From Chlorokybus atmophyticus (Eukaryota > Plantae > Mesostigma and Chlorokybus algae), in NCBI GenBank assembly GCA_009103225.1, contig RHPI01000398.1, positions 1 to 45,202 on the forward strand: a stretch of DNA of 45,202 nucleotides. The letters run 5' to 3'. The position numbers and the translations under genes were made by a program. Positions within the stretch are counted from its first letter, which is position 1. Each line of letters starts with the position of its first letter. Shown here in pieces: positions 22,972 to 35,800 of this stretch. The notes beneath the pieces were generated by a model. It saw nothing but the letters and a program-made list of their open reading frames with translations, searched no databases and was not told the DNA's origin.

Positions 22972-25900
22972 GTGAGGAGGCTACTGCTGTGGATAGGAAG
23001 GAGCCTCATGCACGGACGGATGCTGTGACGTTTTAATTAAAGAAGCAAGAGGAGATGGCTATGAACGCGCCAACGGTGGTGAGTTATGCAAAAGAGGAGA
23101 CAACAAAGTACTTCGGGCTTCGAGCACANTGTAGGTGAGGAGGCTACTACTAGGGATAGGAAGGAGCCTCATGCGCGGACGGATGCTGTGACGTTTCCAT
23201 TAAAGAAGCATGAGGAGATGGCTATGAACGCGCCAACGGCGGTGAGTTATGCAAAAGAGGAGACAACAAAGTACTTCGGGCTTCGAGCACACATTTGCGA
23301 TGACCAAGGACGATGGAGACAGTGTAAGCTCATGATTGATAGCGGTGCCAACAGCAACTTTATGAGTATTGATATTGCGCGGCGTTACGGTTGGCTTTCG
23401 TCATTACGAGGAGGTGAAGTGAAGCTCGCTGATGGAGAGCCACCCTCTGGAGGTGATGGCGCTGCGTTTATGACCAAAGAGTTGTGCGTTTGCATTGGGA
23501 AGATGAAGGAGAGCATGCGATTTTGCTGCATCACCCTACGGAACGTGTTTGATGGGATTTTGGGACTACCGTGGCTATGGCAACATAATCCATCCATCAA
23601 TTGGAGGAAGCGCGCGCTCACCATCGAACGAAATGGTGGAGAATCCATTCAAGCTGCGTCGGACGTCATCGAGGCGCGGCACGCACAATCAGGTGGTACG
23701 ACAATTGGCCAGATCAGTTATGTGCAATTGAGGAAGTTATGTCTCAACGGAAGGCAAAGGCTGCATGGTTGTGTGTTATGCGCGAAAACACTGCAAAGTC
23801 AGCACCAGAGCTGAGTGACGATGTTAAGACGGCTACGATGGACCCCGAGGTGCGTAAACTTGTTAAAGAATACCAAGANGTCTCAACGGAAGGCAAAGGC
23901 TGCATGGTTGTGTGTGGTGCGCGAAAACATTGCAAAGTCAGCACCAGAGCTGAGTGACGATGTTAAGACGGCTACGATGGACCCCGAGGTGCGTAAACTT
24001 GTTAAAGAATACCAAGATATCATGGTGGACGGACTTCCATCTGGTCTACCACCTCCACGGAGCGTAGACCACCGTGTGGAGCTGATTGAGGGCGTGCTCA
24101 AGCCACCGTATCGACCCGTGTACAAGTTGTCACCTTTGGAGCTGGAGGAGGCCGAGAGTCAGGTGGCGGACTTGCTGAAAAGAGGCTACATCAAGCCCAG
24201 TAAGTCCCCCTATGGTGCACCTATTTTGTTTGTACGAAAGAAGAACGGGAGCTTGCGCATGTGCGTCGACTACCGAGCTCTCAACAACATTACGAAGAGG
24301 AATTGCTTTCCACTCCTACGTATCGACGAGTTGCTGGAGCAATTGCAAGGTGCGCAGTACTTCACAACACTTGATCTTGCTGGAGGTTATCACCAAATCC
24401 GCATCGCGTCCGAGGATGTGGAGAAAACAGCATTTAACACACGTTATGGGCACTACGAGTGGTTGGTCATGTCCTTCGAACTTACGAACGCACTGGCAAC
24501 ATTTCAAACGCTTATGAACAGCGTTTTTGCTGACTTGATTGGTAAGGGAGTCCTCGTGTACCTCGACAACATTTTGGTGTACGCGACAACAAAGGAGGAG
24601 CACGTGGCACTTCTACGGCGCGTGTTGCAGCGTTTGTGCGAACACAAATTGTACGCCCAGCTACAAAAGTGCATTCTTGCTTCGAGAGGTGGAGTACCTA
24701 GGCCACATCGTGTCGCATGAAGGCATCAAGCCAGACCCCAACAAAGTGCAGGTGGTGCGCGAGTGGGCTGCCCCGACCAACGTAAAGGAGGTGATGTCCT
24801 TTTTAGGCCTTGCGGGGTATTATCGCAAGTTTATCATGGGGTTTTCGCGAATAGCTGCTCCCTTGACTGCCCTACTCAAGAAGGGAAAGCCTTGGAGCTG
24901 GTCAGCAATAGAGGAACATGCATTTGCTGCGTTGAAGAAGGCGCTGACGGAGGCACCAGTCCTGGCTCACCCCGACATGGAAAAGACATTTATTTTGGCT
25001 TGCGACGCGTCCGACACAGCCGTAGGAGCTGTTTTGCAGCAAGACCATGGCAACGGCCTTCAACCAGTAGCATTCTTCAGCAAGAAGATGAGTGGTGCGG
25101 AGCTGAATTACCCCGTGCACGAGAAGGAACTTTTGGCGCAAGTCATGGCGCTACCACAATGGCGTTGTTTTCTGGAAGGCAAAAAGTTCGTGCTTGAGAC
25201 GGATCACTCTCCACTGAGGTACTTACAAACACAACCTCATCTGAGTCGCAGACAAGCTCGATGGCTTGAGTTCTTTCAACTTTTTGACTTCGATATCAAG
25301 TACAAGCCCGGTACGTCAAATGGTGTTGCTGACGCGCTGAGCCGGCTTAATGCAATTGAGGCTTGCCACTCGCTCAAGTGCAGCCCGAGTGGACCGACCT
25401 GATTCGGCAAGTGCTTTGTGAAGACACGGAGGGTATGAAACTGTTGCAAGAGCTGGAAAATGCAGCTACGGACACAAGTGGGCATTGGTCAATGCGCGAC
25501 GGGCTGCTGTGGCACCACGGGCGCTTGTACATCCCCAACGTCGCGCATATCCGCGTGAAGTTGCTGAAGGAAGCTCATGACGTGCCCATTGGTGGTCACC
25601 AAGGGTTGGAAAGGACTTTGGCAAGCTTGAAGCAGTATTTTTACTGACGAGAGATGCATCGCGATGTGCGCGACTACGTGGCGTTGTGCGACGCATGCCA
25701 AAGGGTGAAGGCAAGCAACCAAAAGCCAGGTGGGTTGCTGCAACCTCTCCCTGTGCCATTGTCCAAGTGGGAGCAAGTTACCATGGACTTTATCACGGGG
25801 CTACCAACGACAAAAGAAGGGTACGACGCTATACTTGTGTTCGTCGACAAAACCAGCAAAATGGTACGCTTGGCATCGTGTAGTGAGTCTTGCACGGCAC

Positions 25901-26862
25901 CGGAGGCAGCACGCTTTTTCGTGAAGCATGTATTTCGTTCTCATGGGTTACCACGAAGCATTGTGAGTGATCGCGACCCGCGCTTTACAAGTAAGTTTTG
26001 GGAGGCGCTGCATAGTGCACTGGGTACCACACTGAAGTTTATCACGGCATTCCACCCGCAAACTGATGGGCAAACGGAGCGGGCCAACTGTGTGATCGAG
26101 GACATGCTGCGTTGCTACGTTAACGCGCGACAAGACAATTGGGCGGAGCTGCTTGAGTTGGTTGAGTTTGCGATCAACAACCACCACAATGCAAGCACAG
26201 GTGTCACTCCCTTCCTTATGAACTATGGGCAACATCCATTGACACCGTTGACGGCATGGACACCGCGACGACATGACGTGCGTGTGGAGGCAGCTAATGA
26301 CTTCCTTACAAAGTGCGCGGACATTAACAAGGCAGCTAGGGAGGCGCTATTGGTGGCACAAAATCGGCAGAAGCAGTACGCGGACGCGCATCGCCGACGC
26401 CTCACGTTTTAGGAAGGCGACATTGTGTTACTCTCCGCGAAGCACGTCCAGGTGCGTACGGGAGTTTGCAAGCTGAATAAACGCTGGTTGGGACCATTTA
26501 AGGTCAGCAAAGTTATCTCGGACGTGGCGTACAAACTGGAGCTACCCAACACCATGCGTGTGCACCCCGTTTTTCACGTCTCCCTTCTGAAAGCATATCA
26601 AGGACAACCGCCAGAAAGGCCGCCCCCCGAAGTTGGCACGGATGGTGAACCAGAGTGGGAGGTAGAAGACATCCTGGGTGAGAAGTTTGTGCATGGCGTG
26701 CGCAAGTTCTTAGTGAAATTGAAGGGCTATCCGTTGCATGAAGCATCCTGGGAGCCAGAGGCACACTTGACGAATGCTCAAGACGTTGTGCGTGACTATC
26801 TTGCTCGACAACAACCTTGCGAGCTTCGAGGACGAAGCTCACCTAGGGGGGGAGGAGTTTAA
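22950..26862 (+). pseudogene. pol: Disrupted pol (protease, RT, RNase H, integrase, chromodomain)
   Basis: MIDSGANSNF; [18 protein letters not shown]; YLDNIL (catalytic D to N); CDASDTAVGAVL; HDVPIGGH..CDAC; TMDFIT..SDRDPRF..TDGQTERAN; GPFKV; WEVEDIL..FLVKLKGY..ASWEP. Lesions near 24670, 25375, 25645 (TGA for Trp) and 26410 (TAG). Confidence 0.93.
26845..26857 (+). promoter_or_regulatory. Polypurine tract
   Basis: Purine run (a G-run followed by AGGAG) immediately before the 3' LTR. Confidence 0.88.
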
Positions 26863-27529
26863 CAGTCAAGGCCAAATTTTGTGATTTTCATGGCCATCTT
26901 AGGCCTTATTTGTAAGGTACATGTTTTTTATGACTTGTGGCGGATATCGGCGAGTTCTGAGTCTGCCGCGGATATCGACCGGGGCCCCAAGACCAGTCCG
27001 GAAGGTGCCAGAAAACGGAGGGCCAGTCGAGAAGGGCTCGACCAGATTTCTGGAAGGACCGGGCGCCAAGTAGTATAACTTGACCATATGAGCAGCAAAT
27101 TAGGAGATCTTTGGTGCGTTGGAAAGGTCTAGAAGTGTACTACAAGATTCTGCAAGAATATCTTAGCTTCTAGTTCCGTCTAGCGCTAGAGTCGTCTAGA
27201 CAGTAGCATGTGCAGACTGGTAGGTATAAAAGTGACATTCTACAATTTGCAATACAACCTTCAGCTCCCTAGTTTCTGGTGTGCAAGCTTGGTGGTGGTT
27301 AGCAGAAGTTGCTAGCGTGTGGCCACTGGTGTGTGCTTACTTGTGTGACGACCCAAGGCGCTACACAAGTCGGTGTGTAGCTTCGAGCGCATGCGCGTGC
27401 GTACGCGAGTGGCGGGGCGCGTGTGTGTGCTTGGCAGAGGGGGCAAGGTTCCGGTGTGAATACTGTGCCTTGGTGAGAGAGTTGTGGATTGGACCAACTC
27501 ACAGGTAGCAAGGCACGAGCACCGTCACA
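26858..27529 (+). repeat. 3' LTR (672 bp; 5' TG changed to TT)
   Basis: TTTAACAGTC...CGTCACA; differs from the 5' LTR by several substitutions and indels. Confidence 0.93.
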
Positions 27530-28180
27530 TCACGGGTCAGGACCAGACTCACAACCATGTGCCTACAGTATGGTGGCAACGTCCGACGACCATTAATGGT
27601 GCAATGTTACCATCTCGTTGCTAGTTCGCGGACCATATCGGTGTGATTACAATCAAGATTCACTGCCAGTATGGTGCCGAATAATCCACACCAGTCATGG
27701 TGGTAAGGTTACACCAGATGTGGTGCAAACGGTCAAGACCACCATGGGTTGTAATCTTCATGCCATGCATGGTATGTTACCACCTCGTTGTTGGTCCGCG
27801 GACCACACTGGTATGGCTGTAACCGGTATACATGGCCACTGCGGCATGACAGTCACACTATAAATGGTTTTGACGATAGACACCAGTGTGACATGACATT
27901 CATACCAGTTGTGGTCATGACAGTTGGCACCATGGCGGCATAACCGTGACGCCATGTATGGTGGAAACAGTCATCACCACTATGGCATGACCGACATCAC
28001 CAGTGTTGGTCACGACATTCATGACCACCATGGTCCAACCATCACCACATGCATGGTGCACACTTTCACGACGAGTATGGCACAATTGCTATGCCAGTGT
28101 TGGGAAGATGCATCATCACGAGAAACATTCCTGGCAGTTTTACCATGCATGGATTCATCGTCATGCGAATTGCCAAAAGC
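27530..28180. repeat. Palindromic-repeat array, probably subterminal region of the DNA transposon (mirror copy about 39707-40357)
   Basis: Dense accat/atggt, accac/gtggt and ggtccgcggacc motifs. Confidence 0.7.
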
Positions 28181-28379
28181 ATGCATAAGAACTGTACAAC
28201 AACGCCAGTTGGCAACTCGCAATGCACCCGTAGTGAAACTTGCAGAAGACCATGAAATGGTTTATTAGTGCAAGTACATGTATGTACAATTTGCTAGCCA
28301 AATTTGCTGCTTATAACCCTACTAGAGCGTTAGCTTGCGGCAACACGCACAAAGCAGCCCTGCGCGCTGCCTTGCCAGG

Positions 28380-30588
28380 CATCAGATACTCAGCACGCCA
28401 CTGCTTCCTGGCTTCTTATTCGTTAACCACCATACGATCTCGTGGTCTCCCTCCCACTTGACCCAGCGCTTGTTAAATGCAACCCTCAGCAACTCGTCGA
28501 TTCGCTCACGGGTGGTAAACAGCAGCTCCGTATGTAACACGATGCGCAACCAAGACCTCGTGCAAAATGGAGTCTGAGGGGTTTTCCTTCACATCGCAGC
28601 AGGCAGCAGCGGCGCGGACCCGCTCTTCATAGGTTCCAAACAAGCTTGGGTCTGCGTTTTGCGACCCCGCGACAGTGTGAGACAGCAGCATCTACGGCGA
28701 TGACAACTCTAACATATTGACTATGACTCACCTCGTTGTTACCTTTGAGCGAAGGGACCTCAGGCGGGGTGGCACAGGCGTGTTCTTTGAAGCACCATTG
28801 AAAACAGTCAGCGATGCCGCAGTTTACGTCACTGCTTTCACTGCAATCGGGGCAGGGGCATACAGCATCCTGTGTGCACAAAAATGCTGGCCATGCGATT
28901 TCTTGACCCACATGTTTACACACATACACAAGCGCATACGTATGAGTGAAATAGGCTGCATTTTAGTGTTGTGTACATAGAATATAAATTTATATCTTAC
29001 CCGCTCGCTTAGACGATGCGCATACTCTCCGTGCCAGCCATCTTTCTCGGATGCTGGTATGCAAATGCGGGCGTCCTTCGCGCTCCAACACTCGCACGGC
29101 GCACAACACGTGATCTGGATGGCGTATGAGCGAGGCAGGATGCTCCTGGAAGGATGCTTTTGACAATCCCCTTTGCCACTGCTACTGTAGTAAACGCTGG
29201 CTCCCTGGCACAAAAAGCTATTAAATCATAACATGCACTTGTCCATGCATGTAGATTTGCAACATCTGGCATGCTACAACAACAATGCGCCGCAACATAC
29301 ATTGTACCTTGCTGCAGATGCCTCTTGCAGTTGCACATCCAATGGCGGTGCAATGGCATGCTGTGCATCCAGCCATATGCCAAGCAGCACAACCTCTGAA
29401 CCATTCTGGTGGTTATACTGGCTGAAGCGCTCCGAGCTCTGGCCAACAGATGTGGAGTTTGCACCCGACCCACCGGTGCGAACTCGCTTGTCCCGCGCCT
29501 GTTTGCGCTCTTCCTCTGTGCGGCCGTTGCGGTTGCCGCGCTTGCAGTTGTTGATGACCTTCTCAGTAAACTGCCTCTGTATCCACACTGCACCCATGCG
29601 CATAAGTATGCATTTCACCATGTGCAGCAGCTGCAGAGTGTACAGGCAATGCAGCAATACATGAGACAACATGTGCACTCACCCTCATTCCATGCAAGTT
29701 TGTAGTCGCCCCAAACTAGCGGCTTGTGTTCGTTGAAGACTTCTCTGATGCACTCTCGTCGCTTGTCGATGTCGGCTGAGCTTATCGGAAAGTTGGCATT
29801 CCTTGCGGATCCGTTAGGGAAGTGCTTCTTATTGACTCGCAGCAGGATCCGCCAGTTGTCCTGCATGACCATGGACTGACCTTTCCAAGTCTGTGCCAGA
29901 AAAAACTGCATGCCTGTGCAGACACCATAATGAGATTAAGTGAGACTGAGTGCGACTTGGAATGGAAAACTCTTAGCAGAAGACATACGGTGTCTATGCC
30001 TGCATGCAGTCCGCACTAGCATGTACCACGTTGCAATAAACCAAGAGCAAACACGAGCATGAGACTTATGAACGGCCTACAGCAAATGCAAGGCACTCAG
30101 CAGTCACACTGCCTGGCATTCCGCACGCACTGGTTCCATGTTCAATACTGCGACATGGCAACAACGAAACGAAATGAAAGTTCAGCGCAGGTGGATCAAA
30201 TGTAGGCCATGACAGAGAGCAAGTGGACATTACCTGTTGGGATGCCTGCGCTAGCGTCGCCTTTCACGCGGAAGCACCTTTGGGCGGTGGGGTATGTCGG
30301 ACTGCTTTGTGGTGGCAGGAAGCCAGGCTCCACAGGGTTGATGATGTCAGACTCGGTGCCGCTTGTGAGCGTCTGCACTGGGGGAGCGGTACTTTTGATG
30401 TCATGCAGAAGCTTGGAGATGACTCCCACTGGCAGACCCATGGCGCGGAACAACTTGCCGTCGCACGCTAAATACGCTGCACCATCCACCATGCTAGTTC
30501 TAAACAGCTCTGCAAAGTCGCCGCAGCCAATGACGCTGGTGGTGTGCTCAACTATACCCTCCACTGTCAGTCTGCCTACACCCGCCAT
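28380..30588 (-). pseudogene. Transposon ORF2, multi-exon, with N-terminal SAM-like domain (left copy)
   Basis: MAGVGRLTVEGIVEHTTSVIGCGDFAELFRTSMVDGAAYLACDGKLFRAMGLPVGVISKLLHDIKS fits the SAM pattern. Further exons include MQFFLAQTWKG..HKPLVWGDYKLAW, VWIQRQFTEKVINN and VAKGIVKSILPG..GQEIAWP. Frameshifts downstream; 3' end uncertain. Confidence 0.65.
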
Positions 30589-30863
30589 GGTAATTGCGCC
30601 GCCGCCGCCGCCGAGAGCTGCTTCACTAACTTGCGCTGTGCCGCAAAATGGAGCGGTTGGGGAATCCAAAGGCAATCGTTTGAATTTTCGTGCAATGCGC
30701 GTTGACCTCACCAAGTCAACCAATCTGGAGTCTCCGAACGGACTCGGTAGCGCACTAGCGCACGTGACGTTGTGCGGGTGGTAAACAGTAGGCGGCGGCT
30801 GATCTGGCCGCGGGCGGCGGCGGTGGCGGCGGGTGGTAGAGTGTGTGCGCTAGAGTGGCCAGC

Positions 30864-31007
30864 ATGTTCACCAGTCTATCCAAGGTTACAAAATGTCAAC
30901 TTCGTGACAGAGCACTCAAGCGGAAGAGGCAAGAGGATGCGCATCTGTCAAGCCATGTACAGCAGCAGGCTACTACGCAGGGCGGCATGTCGCAATCCCA
31001 AGTCTGA
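30864..31007 (+). pseudogene. Truncated 5' fragment of the transposase (left copy)
   Basis: MFTSLSKVTKCQLRDRALKRKRQEDAH..SQSQV then TGA at the arm boundary; matches the start of the right-hand transposase. Confidence 0.75.
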
Positions 31008-31429
31008 CTGGGTGTCTCTCTGGTCGACAATCTAGTGCAGTCTTTCGAAGGCATCAGCCCTGAGCGTGCTCGGAAGATTGTGATTGCTCGCTTGGGCAAG
31101 AGGCAGCGATAGGCGCTGTATGGTTGAGTCGTAGGTTTGCCAAGCTGGCAGTGTGGTCTGTACACGTGCTGGCAATGTGTTCCTGTGTTGTTCGCTGTGT
31201 GCATGTGTCGCCCCATGTATCGCGTAGTGCATAGGCATGCGTGTGTTGTACTTGGTTATGTGTGTCACCAGACTCCACCAACTGCCTGCCACTGTACACC
31301 GCACACCCACCCACCATTGCATCGCCATGTATACGCTTAAATACTGCCATGTAACGACAAGGTATCTGGCTAATATGCATTCCCACATCTACTACAGTGT
31401 ATGCTACGCCAATGGGGCTTTCAATACAA

Positions 31430-32100
31430 TTCTACACTACTTTTATAATGCCACTTCTACAACACTCTACGACCCTTCAACACTTCTTAACACTTGATAT
31501 AGTGTACTTGTGCAAAAAGGGTGTATGTTAACGTACACCCTATAGACATATATATTGAAGTACACTACACTAATGCTATAGTGCCACTTCTACAACACTC
31601 TACCACACTGCAATACTCCACTACAATTGTATGTACATATTGTGCATGCTTGCACATTGTGCATGGCTATTAATAGTTCTTACTTGCACCATCGTACACT
31701 ACTTTAGTTCCACGTATCAGATACTACACTACTGCTGCAGTGCCACTTCTACAACACTCTATAAAAGTGTAGTAGCTACTACACTTTAACACTCCACTAC
31801 ACTATAAGGCTGTATTGCAATATACACACGTACATTTTTAAGCCTTGTGTTCATTGAAGCACCTATGTAGTGTGCATGTGGCCAACACGCCAGGTAGCAC
31901 TGTTTAAAAGTCATGCCATCTTGCGGTTGGTACGCGTGCATATTGTATATTGTAGTAATATTGTAGTAATACAATCCTACTTGAACTATGCATATTGTGT
32001 ATACCGCTATAGTTACATGTGTAGTACACTTCTTTACTAATATACACTGTTGCAATTCCTCTCCTACACTACATGTGTAGTAGTGTGTATACTATACATG
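31430..32100. repeat. AT-rich CACTAC/TACAC-rich region with a 20-mer repeated three times
   Basis: GCCACTTCTACAACACTCTA at 31450, 31583 and 31742. Confidence 0.8.
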
Positions 32101-32380
32101 TATGCACACAAGTTGTGTACATACGAACATGAGTCTGCTTCAACAGCACAGTACTCCACTTCTATTCCCTACTTAAGTATTCCATATACGACTTCTTGAA
32201 AGGTTATATTAATATATGTTCCGCGTGTTGTGCAAGGAGTTTAAGTTGGCTTTCGCTTTCCTTCGCAAAGTGTCACTCCATTGCATTGCATAGGGCACTC
32301 ATTTATATGGGTCACTGTATGCATATGTACACATAATGCTTATTATGTGTGCAGGCTTTGTGAAAAAGGTTTGGCGGTGT

Positions 32381-32493
32381 GGTTAAGGGGAAGGGTTAAG
32401 GCTGGGGCTAGGGGCAGGCAGTTAGGGTTAGGGTTAGGGTTGGGGCTAGGGTTAAGGTTAGGGTTAGGGTTAGGTTATCGGTTAGGGTTAGGG
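32381..32493 (+). repeat. Interstitial telomeric repeats (TTAGGG on +)
   Basis: gttagggttagggttagggttggggctagggttaaggttagggttagggttagg...ttagggttaggg. Degenerate on the left side and near-perfect on the right; opposite orientation to the terminal telomere. Confidence 0.9.
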
Positions 32494-32867
32494 CTGGCAC
32501 AGTTGTTTGCACGGGTATTATTTGCATGAGAATGCGCACATATAAGACAACATGACAAGGTTGCAGCTGGAGTAGCTGGGTTGCATTGAGATGCTCGCAT
32601 GTAAGCCAACATTACTTGATGCTAAGGGATAGTCCGTGCTATGTAAAACCTCTCTTTATAAGTACATTTGGTGCCTCCGCTAGTCAGGCAGAGGCTGCAA
32701 ACCAGATGGGCGTCTTACGTAGTGCTTCACGCCACCACGGATCACTTCCTAGAAGCGAATGAGGCGCCGCATCGCCGCGTACTTGACCTGGCTCCGCACC
32801 ACGGTGGAGTCCTTCAAACTGTGTGCGAACTTCGGCGCACTCTCCAGCACTTGAATTAAGGCCTCCT

Positions 32868-35800
32868 TCAGCACACGTCCGTGTTCAAGATACGCGCATA
32901 CACAGCGGCGTTCATCGTTTCGTCCCACATGGTTTTGTCCCCGTCTCGCAGCTCGACTACATCACCACTGACCAGATGCACTAGGCCATCCACACCTGAC
33001 AATGGCAACCTCACCACCGTGCGAGGCGCGTCGTATGCGAGGCGCACAGTATTCGGCGCACTTTCAAAGGACACCGGTAACATTATTGCCTTGCGCAGCA
33101 CATCTCGGGCAGGAATATACAACACATTGTTGTGGTCCTTGTCGACAGGGGTCGCCCCCATGTCATCGACAACGTTACCAGGTAAGTCACCATGAAATAT
33201 GGAGTACACCCTCAGTCGCAAAACGCATCTACAATACACATGCTCGTGCACCAGGATGCCAGACAGTTGCGCGATGGCCACCTCACGTTCACTGACGCGA
33301 TACACCACGTCCTCTTGCTTCCTGCAAATGCACAATGTCGGTTGGACTAACACGATATACCATTATAATCATAAACCGTCCGCACCTTACTGTAACCAGG
33401 CACAACGCATGCATACCACTATCAAAGCTGCAAATTGCCACCCCCGAGCACAATTCATTACACGGTGTCCAACATGGCACATCGCAGCATCATCACAAAA
33501 TGACAACCTGTATATAACGCCTCGTATGCTGATGGCCCTGAAGTGAGTCGCCACCACCCCGCAACGCTGTCTCTAGCTTGGTACAGTTCATGGACTGCAG
33601 CACGCCATCTACTCCACTGAAGTCCCTACCGGACAACAGTTTCATTGAACCTTCCCCAATGAGGACGCAATCCCGTGCCTCTTCATCGATAGAAGAACGC
33701 GGAGGCAACTTAATGACACGCCACATAGCACGAGCCGCTTCCATGCTGCGCGCTTGGAACCAACCCTTGCGATTGAGGGGCTGCACTTCAGTCACCTTCT
33801 CCAGGGTGGAAGACCTGTGGTGCGTCATGATGTGCGCTAACACTTGCTCGCTGTCGCGAAGACCAGTAATGTTGCCGAGCTTGATCTGCTCCACCATGCA
33901 CACAAACCACTCCCGCGCATTGTGATGTATATACGTGAACTCGTACTCCTTCTTGTTGCTGTGCAACTCCAGGTGCTCGTGTACTTTTTGCTTGTATACA
34001 TAGCACCAGTAGATCTCATGCGTGCGATGATTGACAATGTCCTCAAGCAAGCGCCCAGCCCCTGCAGCGTGCTCCAGCGCCTTGCTGTTCGTCCCCAAGT
34101 ACTCTTTCGACATGACTCACCAGGGCCGCAACAGGGCGTCGACGTAGTCCATGTGGCCTCTGGTCCATCCATCTACCCGTGTGACGCGATAGAACATGCG
34201 GAATATTTCATGCACAGCCATGCATAGATCTTGCTCTAGGTTTGAGCAGGTCTGTAATGTACGGGATGACCAGCTGCACGAACTTCTGGTACTCCTTCGC
34301 CTTCCAGCCAAGCCTGCAAGGTCGAAGCATAACTGGTCACAAACTGCCACCGTCAATAGATGTGTGCTGCAAATGCGCTCATCTGGCAATTCGTGCACAT
34401 GATTATCGTATTTCAAACCACCACCCCTTCTACCAACAACACCTCACAAGACTTGCCTGGATGTATTCCGTGAAGGAAACGACCAGCCTTTAGCTCTGTG
34501 GTAAGTGACTTCTGAAACGCTTCGAGACGATCATGGACGCTCTTCCTGTCCACTGGAGCCATTGCCGTGGATCCACCTGTTGCCTCACCCCCAGGGCCAA
34601 TCAAGCGCTTGCACAGCGACTTGGCCATGTTCTCTGCCAAGACATGCATAGTGTCGAACACTAGGTCAAGAACTAGGTCAAACTCGTACAAGTGATACAA
34701 GCGCCACAGGGGACTGTATCCCTTGACGCCAGTGTTGAAACCAAGTTCCTTGCGCACCGCCCATTCAGGCGCGATGCCCGCAGCGTCGGGTTCATGGCGG
34801 AGCGCAACCTCATGTGTCTCCGCTGCATTCCGTGCAGGTGGGGGGTGACGGTTCAGCTCACGATTGAGTGAATACACGTAACGCTTGGTGTCGTAAGCCA
34901 CCAAGTCAATCGTGAACGTGTGATTTGGCTGCTCCACGCGATTCTTGCGGTGAGCTTTGCGTTTTTCCTCGTTGCCCACCACAAGGCACCGCCTGCAAGG
35001 CATCTCGCACCGGCACTAGTAAACTTGCCCATATCGCATTGAGCTGGATGGTCGCCTGTCCAGAGAAAGAGCATGGCCCGGACGAGGCATACTTCACCCG
35101 CTGCCCGGGCAGGCAGTGCTGTTGACACTTGCGCGATGGACAGAGTATACTCAACCTGCATGCCATTGACGTACGGTTCCTCTAGCTCCAACACCAGTGG
35201 CTCTGAGAAGGCATCGAAGTTGTCTGGGACGTTGGGGACAGAGTCCTTAGGTATGAACATGACAGGTAGCAACGAGTTGTTCTTACAAGTCACCTTCTTG
35301 CCTGCGCGGAGACAAGAAATGAATACCAAAGGGGGGCTAGATGTAGCATTGCATTCAGCCGCTACACTCACCACCATTCAGGACTTGAAGGCTCACAGCC
35401 AGCGTGCTGCGCTTTGACGTGGTGGCAGTGGAAAAGCCGTCCCAATGACCAATGAGCGCCAAGTTCAGCGGACTTCCATGTCCACTGCGGCGCAGCTGCC
35501 GGTTACTGGGTTCTGGGCACAGACTGTTCACACAGTTGAACACCCAATCCCCGTGAACATCTGGCCTTCGGTTGGGAAGTCATGTTCCGGTATGTGCATA
35601 TGCTTGCAGTAGGTGAACTTGAGCAACACGATAGGCTAGCTGGGGTCCCAGAACCATTAGAAATCGCCTCCACTTCTTGCCGTCCCACACTTCCCGCTGT
35701 GCTCCAGGTGCATGGCTGATCTGCGATACCACTTGCCCTGTTTGCGCCAGGACTGCAGCAGCTGCTCGCACACAGAGGGCGACTTCAACATCAACTGCAA

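Larger units (their letters stand above)
21188..27529 (+). mobile_element. Ty3/gypsy chromovirus-type LTR retrotransposon, structurally full length but inactivated
   Basis: LTR-PBS-gag-pol(PR, RT, RH, INT, chromodomain)-PPT-LTR. Frameshifts and stops in pol. No matching target-site duplication. Confidence 0.96.
24200..31005 (+). repeat. Left arm of about 6.8-kb inverted duplication
   Basis: Reverse complement of 36913-43688; paired ORF coordinates sum to 67887 over most of the arm. Confidence 0.97.

Noticed and set aside
27618-28461. His/Met/Thr-rich ORFs (and mirror copies at 39426-40269)
   Set aside because: They are by-products of the ACCAT/ATGGT repeat array and have no domain.
32281-32529. 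ORF containing LGLGLGLG
   Set aside because: It is the translation of the TTAGGG repeats.
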